From a virus (lineage: Duplodnaviria > Caudoviricetes), in IMG/VR virus record IMGVR_UViG_3300044667_000191, positions 1 to 46,403 of that record: a stretch of DNA of 46,403 nucleotides; one strand, written 5' to 3'. The position numbers and the translations under genes were made by a program. Numbering within the stretch: the first letter of the stretch is position 1; each line of letters begins with the position of its first letter. Below the pieces are notes generated by a model, which was not told the origin of the DNA, searched no databases, and saw only the letters and a program-made list of their open reading frames with translations. Positions 25,601-34,005 of the stretch are shown here, piece after piece.

Positions 25601-26893
25601 ATGACTGATCTTTATGCAAACTGGGCACAGCTTGCGGCGAATGAAACTTTGAATGTTGATTATAGACTTCCAGTAAGATATAATACGTCAAGCGTAGCCC
25701 ATATTGCAATTCATGGTGGAGCAATTGAGCCTGGAACTACAGAATTGGCAAGCTCATGCGCAGCATTTGGATATCAGAATTACTATTCAGTTGAAGGAAT
25801 AAAAGCTTCAAATAATAGCGACCTACATATTACTTCGACTAATTTTGATGAACCCACTGCTCTAAATTTGGTGGAGAGTTCTAATTTTTGTTTTAGCTTT
25901 CATGGCTTCACCGGCACAGCCGGAGTTGCTGAAAGTTATATTGGCGGACTAGATACAGTAAATAGAGATCTAGTAGTTTCTGCATTGCAGCGCGCTGGAT
26001 TCACCGCAAGCAGTGGAACGCAAGAATTGAATGGCAATGACCCTACAAATATTGTCAATAAAACTCTTCAAAATAAGGGCGTGCAGATTGAAATTTCAAA
26101 CGCTCAGCGCGCCCTATTTTTTCCATCAAGTGATTTGAGTAGAACAAATCGTGAAACGGGTATTCGAACCGACGCTTTTTATCAATACGTAAAAGCAATT
26201 GTCAGTGTCTCGAATGCGGTGGAAGATCGGCCACAGCAGACAAGCAATTATAAATTCAATAAACCATTGTCAACTGATAAAATAAATGACTTTGAGACAT
26301 GGCTAAATGCAAACTGGGATAAGGCGGCCTATTCGACAGCGCCTTTGCAAATCACTGGCGCACTCCCCCAATCTGGTCCATTCAATATCGGTGATAGAAT
26401 TTATCGAACTGACGATACGTCAATTTACATCCTAATCTGTAAAGATTCCACATGGGGATGGTTTTGGCGTCCGGTTCATGCAGCAATTTCACCATGGATC
26501 ACTGTTCCAAATTCAGTAATTGGATCGGGCTGGACAGGAAATCCAGATCCATCAAATCCATTTGCCGTAGCACTAGATAACCGTGGAAGCTGCCATTGGC
26601 GAGGTGCGATAGCTCTTACCTCAGGGGTTATGACCCCCAATGTTAATTATCTACCCCTCGCCAATGTTCCTGTAGGCATTCGCCCCCGCATGGGAATGTC
26701 AACATTTCTGGGGTATTCATCATTTGGTGCAGCGTCAGGAGAAATTGAGAGCGCGCGAATCTTTATAAACTCAACAAGTGGCCAAGTGCTTTTTTATGTT
26801 CAAGGAGTATTTACGGTAGGGTCGCAGATATCAAAGCTTTATCTTGATAAGGTAAAGTATCCGATCGGAAATGCAATATATGATGTAGCGTAA
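25601..26893 (+). CDS. Poly-gamma-glutamate hydrolase (PghP/DUF867-like) domain fused to tail paralog 3
   Basis: AIHGGAIEPGTTELA, LHITSTNFDEP, SFHG, GVQIEIS; then YKFNKP...WLNANWD and a fibre-like C-terminal half. Confidence 0.85.
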   Translation: MTDLYANWAQLAANETLNVDYRLPVRYNTSSVAHIAIHGGAIEPGTTELASSCAAFGYQNYYSVEGIKASNNSDLHITSTNFDEPTALNLVESSNFCFSFHGFTGTAGVAESYIGGLDTVNRDLVVSALQRAGFTASSGTQELNGNDPTNIVNKTLQNKGVQIEISNAQRALFFPSSDLSRTNRETGIRTDAFYQYVKAIVSVSNAVEDRPQQTSNYKFNKPLSTDKINDFETWLNANWDKAAYSTAPLQITGALPQSGPFNIGDRIYRTDDTSIYILICKDSTWGWFWRPVHAAISPWITVPNSVIGSGWTGNPDPSNPFAVALDNRGSCHWRGAIALTSGVMTPNVNYLPLANVPVGIRPRMGMSTFLGYSSFGAASGEIESARIFINSTSGQVLFYVQGVFTVGSQISKLYLDKVKYPIGNAIYDVA

Positions 26894-27068
26894 GGAAGAT
26901 TTTCGACTTTCCTAAATTCAGCGGGAGCGTCGAAATCCTAAGCGAGCGGTAGACTGTTGCAAAACGGGCACGGCCCCGGAGGGGTTCTGCCCGTGAAGCA
27001 ATAGTCCTGCCCGCTGGATTTCGTAAGCGAGGGACCCGCTGAATTTTTAGGAAAGTTAAAATCTTCCT
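26893..27068 (+). ncRNA. 176-nt rod-like hairpin element, motif copy B
   Basis: Stacked helices AGGAAGATTTT/AAAATCTTCCT, ACTTTCCTA/TAGGAAAGT, AATTCAGCGGG/CCCGCTGAATT, CGAAATCC/GGATTTCG, AGCGG/CCGCT, ACTGTTGC/GCAATAGT, ACGGGCA/TGCCCGT, GCCCC/GGGGT. Confidence 0.8.
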
Positions 27069-27093
27069 GCGTCTTTTATGAAGATGGAGGAAT

Positions 27094-28632
27094 TTGCCTC
27101 GTGCCCCAAAACGAATTGTCACGATTCAAGATGCTTTCCGAGACCTCGGAGAAAATCTCGCGAGAGTTGCGGACTTCCCGGACATCAACTCGTACCGGCC
27201 TCATTACAAGCAGGAGCTTTTTCATAGAGGTGTTGAGAGAATTCGTCTGTATATTGGCGGAAACCGTTCCGGAAAAACCACAGGGGGTATTGTCGAAGAT
27301 ATTTGGTGGCTCACAAGAAAGCATCCTTACCAGCGAATTCCAGACCGTCCAATCGCAGGACGGATCATTTCGGTTGATTTTCTCAATGGAATTGAAAAAA
27401 TCATCAAGCCCCAGCTAAAGCAATGGCTTCCTCCTTCATTGCTTCGTGGTGGAACGTGGACAGACGCGTATGAAGCAAGTACGCGGACTTTGTATTTGGA
27501 TAATGGTTCTTTCGTTGAATTGATGTCTTATGACCAAGATTTGGATAAATTCGCAGGTACATCTCGTGATTTTGTTCATTTTGACGAAGAGCCACCGGAA
27601 GCAATCTATACAGAGAATATGGCGCGTCTTATCGACCGCAAAGGTCATTGTTGGATTACAATGACTCCAATTGAGGGTATGACATGGATTTATGACACAA
27701 TTTATGAACCTGGAATTCTAGGGTCAGGTTCAATAAAAGTAATTGAAGTGGGTATGGAAGAAAATCCTTACCTTGACCAAGAAGAGGTCCAGGTATTTCT
27801 AAATTCTCTTAGTGAGGATGAAAAGAATGCACGAGGACATGGCAAGTTTGTACAAATGGGCGGTCTCGTCTATAAAGGATTCGACCCAAGAATTCATTGC
27901 GTTGAATCCGTGGATTTGGACCAACTTCGCAACCGTGAAATCTATACATGGTACCTTTCGCTCGACCACGGGTTCAACAATCCAACCGCGGTGTTGTGGC
28001 ATGCTGTCGATTTGGACAACAACGTCATCACTTTTGCGGAGCATTATGAGTCGGGAAGAATCGTTGATTATCACGCACAAGTCATACATGAAAGGAATCG
28101 TATCCATAAAAGGGTGCCTGATATCAACATTTGCGATCCTGCTCTGGCTCAAAGGCAACCGCTCACGGGAACCTCTATTCAGACTGAATATGCTATCAGG
28201 GGAATTGGATTCGCCCTTGGCAATAATGATGTCCAGACGGGCATTGCGAAGGTATCTCAATATCTTGCAATACGAAATGACGGTAAGCCGTCCTGGCATA
28301 TTTCGAGGTCTTGTGGTAACCTGATAAGAGAAATGCAAAGGCTGCGTTGGAAAACGTGGGCCAGCAAGAAACAAGCTTCACAGAATAACCCGTATGATCA
28401 AATTCACAAAAAAGATGATCACGCATGTGATTCAGCTAGATACTTTTTCAGCTTTATGCCTGAATTGAAAACTATCCCCCCGCTTCCTGATTCAAACCCT
28501 TCGGCGGGTATTCCACAAATTGGAAGTAATGGAATGAGGCCGATTCATGGTTTCACCGATCCTAACCTTCGTCCGGAAAATCTTGGGCGAGGAAAAACAA
28601 ATTGGAAAATTGTATTGAGTGATGATATGTAA
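27094..28632 (+). CDS. terL: Terminase large subunit
   Basis: Walker A GGNRSGKT, Walker B VHFDEEP, TMTP, nuclease LSLDHG and DDHACDSARY; GGAGG RBS. Confidence 0.95.
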   Translation: MPRAPKRIVTIQDAFRDLGENLARVADFPDINSYRPHYKQELFHRGVERIRLYIGGNRSGKTTGGIVEDIWWLTRKHPYQRIPDRPIAGRIISVDFLNGIEKIIKPQLKQWLPPSLLRGGTWTDAYEASTRTLYLDNGSFVELMSYDQDLDKFAGTSRDFVHFDEEPPEAIYTENMARLIDRKGHCWITMTPIEGMTWIYDTIYEPGILGSGSIKVIEVGMEENPYLDQEEVQVFLNSLSEDEKNARGHGKFVQMGGLVYKGFDPRIHCVESVDLDQLRNREIYTWYLSLDHGFNNPTAVLWHAVDLDNNVITFAEHYESGRIVDYHAQVIHERNRIHKRVPDINICDPALAQRQPLTGTSIQTEYAIRGIGFALGNNDVQTGIAKVSQYLAIRNDGKPSWHISRSCGNLIREMQRLRWKTWASKKQASQNNPYDQIHKKDDHACDSARYFFSFMPELKTIPPLPDSNPSAGIPQIGSNGMRPIHGFTDPNLRPENLGRGKTNWKIVLSDDM

Positions 28633-28807
28633 AAGATGCAGGACTGCTGCTGATAGAAATTGGCAGAAAAGACATGAAACATGCGACAATTTCTGGACTA
28701 AAAAGCCAGATGGAATCGGCATAATTTTGCGAGAAGTTCCTAGTACAACTCATTGTGACTGTCAACATTTGCCTAAGGGAGCCTGGAATGGTGGACCTCG
28801 ATCCTAA
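28619..28807 (+). CDS. Small Cys/His protein
   Basis: CxxC...HxxC...CDCQH; overlaps neighbours at both ends. Confidence 0.55.
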   Translation: MMICKRCRTAADRNWQKRHETCDNFWTKKPDGIGIILREVPSTTHCDCQHLPKGAWNGGPRS

Positions 28808-29162
28808 GATTTGGGAAAATCCTACACTTGGCGATGCAGCAACAAATGGTTTCATTGATGAGATGGAAGCACAGGCAATTGAGAACGCCGCAGCTAAGCG
28901 AGAAGGGCGACAGCCCCTAATTGCTCGTCGTCTTCACCGTTACCCCGGGGCTTCGAATGATGTAAATATTGATTCTTCTTACGATAGCGGTATGAGATGG
29001 TATAATTCTTGGGAACTTCCTGAGACTGATCCTGATTATGCACCTAGGTCTAACGAATTTTCTGAAGTTGAGCCGCAGGCGGCACCAGTTAATAATGGTG
29101 CTTACGGTGCAGCAATGGATCCTGATTTTCTTTTTGAGGAGCACCCTGCGAATGAAGATTGA
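28788..29162 (+). CDS. Hypothetical acidic protein (start ATG 28788)
   Basis: AAGGGAG RBS before MVDLDPK. Confidence 0.7.
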   Translation: MVDLDPKIWENPTLGDAATNGFIDEMEAQAIENAAAKREGRQPLIARRLHRYPGASNDVNIDSSYDSGMRWYNSWELPETDPDYAPRSNEFSEVEPQAAPVNNGAYGAAMDPDFLFEEHPANED

Positions 29163-29640
29163 TTTTCAGCTTAAAGAGCTGAGCCCAAATTCTCGATTTT
29201 CTATTCATGAGGCTCCTCCGCTATTTCCAGGTTGCTGCTTTATTTGTAGCACGGGGTCGGGAGATGGGAGAAAATTTCTTTATTTTGGCAAGAGTTTGCC
29301 TCTTCAGGGAGCTATTTATTTTTGCTCTGAATGTGTTAGGGAAATAGCAGAAGCTATTGGCTATTATCCTTCTGAAGTTCTTCAAATGCTCCTAGAAGGA
29401 AATAAAGAATTTCAGTCTGCTAACCAATCGCTAAAAAAAGTGTTGGAAAGTAAGGATGAGACAATTCGAACTATGGCTCGCACCATCAGTGATTGCAATT
29501 GTAGCATTGGCGGGTCTAATCCTTCTGATGATGAAATTGATGAAGCTTGTTCAGAATCAGAATCAGATGATCCGAAGCCTCTCAAACTTGACGGCCTCGA
29601 AAGATTTGGCAGCATACGTAGCGCTGGAGAAGACGAATAA
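29152..29640 (+). CDS. Zinc-finger/coiled-coil hypothetical protein (start ATG 29152)
   Basis: GAGGAG RBS; CFIC...CSEC. Confidence 0.7.
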   Translation: MKIDFQLKELSPNSRFSIHEAPPLFPGCCFICSTGSGDGRKFLYFGKSLPLQGAIYFCSECVREIAEAIGYYPSEVLQMLLEGNKEFQSANQSLKKVLESKDETIRTMARTISDCNCSIGGSNPSDDEIDEACSESESDDPKPLKLDGLERFGSIRSAGEDE

Positions 29641-29803
29641 TTCAGAAATTAACGATGGAATACAGTTTGTCCCGCTTGATGATGAGTCAGTTGCGCGAAG
29701 GCTTGCTAGCGAGTATTCTGATAACGGGATGGATCCTTCTATGGCTTACGCAAAAGAAGATGATCCTCTCATTGACTTTGGTGGAACAGAAGCTTTTCAT
29801 TAA
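29456..29803 (+). CDS. Protein with N-terminal TM helix, overlapping the upstream gene
   Basis: LWLAPSVIAIVALAGLILLMM; covers the otherwise empty 29641-29803 stretch. Confidence 0.55.
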   Translation: MRQFELWLAPSVIAIVALAGLILLMMKLMKLVQNQNQMIRSLSNLTASKDLAAYVALEKTNNSEINDGIQFVPLDDESVARRLASEYSDNGMDPSMAYAKEDDPLIDFGGTEAFH

Positions 29804-29818
29804 CGGAGAAGGGGGTGA

Positions 29819-32059
29819 ATGGCTGCCCTAATAAAAGGATTCAGTACAAATGGAAGTAAGCAGGCTCCGACTTCAGATCAATCTGAACTTACACCTGAAC
29901 AAATTTCTGCAACTGCAAATAGATCAAAAGACGCAGAGTTTGCGAACAAGGTAGTAACTTGGGCTAAATCTGCTCACGTTCGCTGTAGAGCGAAGCGTCA
30001 GCAAATGGAACGTCAATGGTACATTAACATGGCGTTCTATATTGGTCGTCAGAATGTAATGACGATTCCAGTGAATCAGGGGAATTCTTCGGGCACGCGA
30101 CTTTATACACCCCCCGTTCCATATTATCGATCGCGGCCTGTTTTTAATCGCATTCGTCCCATCATTCGTACTGAGCTTTCACGCCTTACCTCACAAAAGC
30201 CCTCCGCGACAATCGTTCCGGCTACGGGCGAGGATCAAGATTTGGCAGCGGCTCAAGCTGGCGAACAGATTTGGGAAGCGATTTATAGAGAGAAGAAAAT
30301 TAGGACTGTATTTCGCCAGTCTTGTTTTTGGTCTCTTATTTGCGGCGTGGGTTTCATGAAATGTTATTGGAATCCTGCCCAAAAGGATGAAGATGGATCT
30401 AAGGGCGATTTCTGCTATGAGACAGTGACGCCATTTCATCTTTTTGTTCCTGACATGCTCTGCGAAGACATTGAAGATCAGCCATATGTAATCCACATTC
30501 AGACTAAATCTCTGGAGTGGGTGAAAATGCATTATCCTAACATTAAGGCTCAGCCTAACGTTATGGAGGCTGACGATATTCTTAGTGATTCTTTTCTTTC
30601 TCTTGTCGGTGCAAATGATATGCGCCGAAATGCTGTTCTTATATATGAGGTATGGGTAAAGCCGGGAAATGTTGAATTTTTGCCTGATGGCGGAATGTTT
30701 ACAATTGTTGGTGACACTCTTGTTCAATTCGTAGAGGGAAATCCATACAAGCACGGACAATATCCGTTCGTAAAGTTTCCCCATATTCCAACAGGCCGTT
30801 TTTACGCAGACTCGATTATTAATGATCTTTTGCCGGTTCAGAGAGAATATAATCGAACCCGTGGTCAGGTAATTGAGTCTAAGAATAGAATGGCTCATCC
30901 TCAATTGATTGCTGCTCAGGGTTCGGTATTGGCGTCTAAAATGACGACTGAACCTGGTCAGGTAATTTATTACAAGCTTGGATTTCCCCCTCCGGAACCT
31001 TTGCCTTTGCAGAGTGTCCCAGCTTATGTAATGCAGGAAATTGATCGTCTTCTCATGGATTTTGAAGACATTTCCGGTCAGCATCAAGTTTCAAAAGGTC
31101 AGGTACCTCCGGGAATTACTGCTGCAACTGCTATCTCTTATTTGCAAGAGCAAGACGATTCCATGCTTTCAACAACCTATTCTGCGGTGGAAGACGGTTT
31201 TGAAAAAATAGGGTATCAGACTCTTTGTTATGTGAAACAATACTGGAATACACCTCGCTTGGTTAAAGTTGTTGGCCGCGATGGTCAATTTAATGTTCTC
31301 GCTTTTCAGGGTTCAGACCTGAGAGAGAATACAGATATTAGAATTGAAGCTGGTTCCGCGCTCCCAACTTCAAAAGCTGCCAAGCAAGCTCTTTTGATGG
31401 ATCTTATGACTCAGGGATTCATTCCACCCGAAAAGGGTCTAGAGCTTATGGAAGTTGGAGGAGTGCAGCGTCTTTATGAAGAGATTCAAATTGATTCTGC
31501 ACAAGCTTCTCGTGAGAACATGAGAATGGCCGCTGTTACACAGGATGTATTGAGTCAATATCTTCTTACTTTTGTTGCTCCTCCTGACCCAACCGAATCG
31601 GATCCAATTATTGGAGCACCGATTCCACCTGATCCTAATGCTCCGCCACAGTTGGTAGATCCAAACACTGGCGGACCTTTGGTGGATCAATCTGGACAAC
31701 CAACCGAACCTCCGCTAATTGTTCCAGTTAATTCTTACGATAATCACCAAATTCATATTACAGTTCATAATAATTACAGGAAGTCCCAACAATACGAAGG
31801 TCTTCCTCCAGAAGTAAAAAGTCTTTTTGAAGAACACGTTAATCAACATATGCAAATGCTTGGGATGATCCCCGGGCAACCTGCCCCAACTATGAATTCC
31901 AATCCGATTTCATCTGGCGGAATGCAGGCCGGTCAGGTAACTCCGGAAATGCTTCAGCAAGTTTCACAACAAAGCTCAGGGCCACAAAATGGTCCACAGC
32001 CTGGTCAAAATCAACAAACTGAACAAGCTGGGCCCCAATCCTTCCCTGGAGGTATTTAA
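29819..32059 (+). CDS. Portal protein (podovirus-type) with Pro/Gln-rich C-terminus
   Basis: 746 aa between terL and scaffold; FY.GRQ, NRIRPII, G.GFMKCYW, YPFV, EDISG patterns. Confidence 0.88.
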   Translation: MAALIKGFSTNGSKQAPTSDQSELTPEQISATANRSKDAEFANKVVTWAKSAHVRCRAKRQQMERQWYINMAFYIGRQNVMTIPVNQGNSSGTRLYTPPVPYYRSRPVFNRIRPIIRTELSRLTSQKPSATIVPATGEDQDLAAAQAGEQIWEAIYREKKIRTVFRQSCFWSLICGVGFMKCYWNPAQKDEDGSKGDFCYETVTPFHLFVPDMLCEDIEDQPYVIHIQTKSLEWVKMHYPNIKAQPNVMEADDILSDSFLSLVGANDMRRNAVLIYEVWVKPGNVEFLPDGGMFTIVGDTLVQFVEGNPYKHGQYPFVKFPHIPTGRFYADSIINDLLPVQREYNRTRGQVIESKNRMAHPQLIAAQGSVLASKMTTEPGQVIYYKLGFPPPEPLPLQSVPAYVMQEIDRLLMDFEDISGQHQVSKGQVPPGITAATAISYLQEQDDSMLSTTYSAVEDGFEKIGYQTLCYVKQYWNTPRLVKVVGRDGQFNVLAFQGSDLRENTDIRIEAGSALPTSKAAKQALLMDLMTQGFIPPEKGLELMEVGGVQRLYEEIQIDSAQASRENMRMAAVTQDVLSQYLLTFVAPPDPTESDPIIGAPIPPDPNAPPQLVDPNTGGPLVDQSGQPTEPPLIVPVNSYDNHQIHITVHNNYRKSQQYEGLPPEVKSLFEEHVNQHMQMLGMIPGQPAPTMNSNPISSGGMQAGQVTPEMLQQVSQQSSGPQNGPQPGQNQQTEQAGPQSFPGGI

Positions 32060-32328
32060 TGGCTGGAATTCAGATTGGTCCCATCAGGAACGGCATTACG
32101 AATTCTCAGCGAGCCGTTAGTGGGCAGCTCGGTGGAGCTTCGAATTTTACAACTCCTGTGAATTATTCTTCAATTACAGCACTTCGTTCCGCTCTTTCGA
32201 CAGCAAATGGGACTTATTACACTACCGCACGACTCGACTCCATGACTGTAAATGACATGATTTTTGCATTGCGCAGTATTCAGGACCCTAAGACAATTTC
32301 GGATTATTTTACTGCACAGGCGGCATAA
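32059..32328 (+). CDS. Small head-associated hypothetical protein
   Basis: GGAGG RBS; coupled to the portal stop. Confidence 0.7.
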   Translation: MAGIQIGPIRNGITNSQRAVSGQLGGASNFTTPVNYSSITALRSALSTANGTYYTTARLDSMTVNDMIFALRSIQDPKTISDYFTAQAA

Positions 32329-32529
32329 ATGGCGAACCTCCCTCCTTTCCTTATCTCAAAGCAACAGGGAAATGGAAATGAACCCCCTTCTCCTGGTGCC
32401 CCAAATGGCGGAACTTCTTCCGGTAAGGTTCCTCCTCAGTTCCTAAAGGGAAAGAATAAAAAGGGAAATAGTGGCCGTCAGGCTGCAATTGCTCGACGAA
32501 TGAAATCCATCGCTCAGCAGAAAAGGTGA
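32329..32529 (+). CDS. Small basic, low-complexity protein
   Basis: PPFL/PPQFL repeats; K/R-rich C-terminus. Confidence 0.65.
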   Translation: MANLPPFLISKQQGNGNEPPSPGAPNGGTSSGKVPPQFLKGKNKKGNSGRQAAIARRMKSIAQQKR

Positions 32530-32537
32530 AAAACTAG

Positions 32538-32768
32538 ATGACGTATAGCCTTAGCCAAATTGAGGATATGTTTAAATTTCATCCCCCAAAGGATGATTCA
32601 GTAATTGATGCTCACAATACGGTTAGGGCTACTCTAGTTTCCGCGGCCAAGCTTATTCTTGACTGTACTCCCCCATCGGTTGAACAAGACATTGCTATCG
32701 ATAGGATTCGTGAAGCAATGTTTTGGTCTAATGCTGCAATTGCTTGCAATCAAGAGAATCGAGGTTGA
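32538..32768 (+). CDS. Acb2/Tad1-like helical-hairpin protein (putative nucleotide sponge)
   Basis: FKFHPP...H..VR...P.S.E...AIDRIREAMFWSNAAIA pattern, recognised from memory. Confidence 0.65.
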   Translation: MTYSLSQIEDMFKFHPPKDDSVIDAHNTVRATLVSAAKLILDCTPPSVEQDIAIDRIREAMFWSNAAIACNQENRG

Positions 32769-32769
32769 A

Positions 32770-33129
32770 ATGTCTCGCCACCCCTCAATTCAGCATCTTG
32801 TAAATCTTCTCAAAGTTAATGAAAATCTCCCAGAGGATCTCAAGAAGATTTCTTCTCGATTCGAGAAGCTTCGGGATGACCTTTTGGAGGATGTCAAGGA
32901 AGACACTCCGGAAGTTGCAGCCGGTCTCCGAAAGATTCTTGAAGCTAAGGATTGTTTTGTTCGCGCTGGCGGACTGGTTTTGGGTCAGATTTCTGAACTT
33001 GTAGATGATGTAACGACGGATCCTGAGACCGACGGTGAAGTAAATTCTCCCGTTGAATCAAATCTCCCAGTAGAGTCTAATTCTTCTGATGTTTCGGTTG
33101 ACCAGGCTGGCGTAAGCCCTACCGAGTAG
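32770..33129 (+). CDS. Helical-hairpin protein of the LRKxLEAKDCxVRA type with an acidic tail (start ATG 32770)
   Basis: GAGG RBS; LPEDL..IS..F..L...PEVAAGLRKILEAKDCFVRA. Confidence 0.7.
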   Translation: MSRHPSIQHLVNLLKVNENLPEDLKKISSRFEKLRDDLLEDVKEDTPEVAAGLRKILEAKDCFVRAGGLVLGQISELVDDVTTDPETDGEVNSPVESNLPVESNSSDVSVDQAGVSPTE

Positions 33130-33189
33130 TTAATATCTATATACGGTCTAGGGCCTCTTTGAGGTACGGGCCTGAGAAGAGGAATTAAA

Positions 33190-33990
33190 ATGGGAACGCC
33201 AATTGATCCCGGTGCGGTACAGGGTGACCCGAATACTCCAGGGCCAAATCCGGCATGGAATGACGTTCTTTCGCAGGTTCCTGCGGAATATCACCAAGTC
33301 CTAACGGATAATTTCAAGAAGTGGGATCAGGACGCTCAATCGAAGATAGAGCAGGCCAACAACAAGATAAAGGCTTTTGAGCCTTATCAGGCTTTTCTGG
33401 ATAACCAGATTCCCCCCAGCGAACTTGAAAATGGTTTGCGCCTCATGTATGAGGTCAACACCAATCCAAAGGATGTATGGGAAGCTTTGGGTAAGGCGTA
33501 TAATTTGACGCCTGCCCAGGTTCAGCAAATCGCTAAAGACGCTGCCGGTGCCGGTGATGGTACCGATCCAAATACTATTTCGCAGCAACAGCAAATGCAG
33601 GATCCTCGATTTGATCAGCTTAAGCAGGGAATTGAGCTTGTTTCTCAAATTGTTCTTCAAGATCAGCAGGCAAAGCAAGCTGCTCTTGAAGATCAAAAGC
33701 TTGATGCTGAATTGAAGGAACTTGAAAAGAAGCATGGTAAATTTGATCAGGGTTATGTTCTCGCGATGATGCATAATGGTCTTGACGGTGAATCTGCTGT
33801 TAAGGCTTTTCAGTCACTTCGTACTGGAATTCTTCAAGATGGCGAACAGCCTTTCGCTCCACAGATCATAGGAAGTTCGTCCGGTGGTACCGGATACCCT
33901 TCTCAGGCAATTGACCCCAGGAAGCTTGACGATAAAGGCACTCGCGATTTGGTTCGCCAAATGCTTGAGGCTGCCAATCGTCAGCCATAA
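33190..33990 (+). CDS. Capsid scaffolding protein
   Basis: Acidic, Gln-rich and helical; immediately upstream of the capsid gene. Confidence 0.8.
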   Translation: MGTPIDPGAVQGDPNTPGPNPAWNDVLSQVPAEYHQVLTDNFKKWDQDAQSKIEQANNKIKAFEPYQAFLDNQIPPSELENGLRLMYEVNTNPKDVWEALGKAYNLTPAQVQQIAKDAAGAGDGTDPNTISQQQQMQDPRFDQLKQGIELVSQIVLQDQQAKQAALEDQKLDAELKELEKKHGKFDQGYVLAMMHNGLDGESAVKAFQSLRTGILQDGEQPFAPQIIGSSSGGTGYPSQAIDPRKLDDKGTRDLVRQMLEAANRQP

Positions 33991-34005
33991 TTAAGTCGGA
34001 GGTAC

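Noticed and set aside
30191-31087. 298-aa minus-strand ORF
   Set aside because: Antisense to the portal gene, with shadow-like composition.
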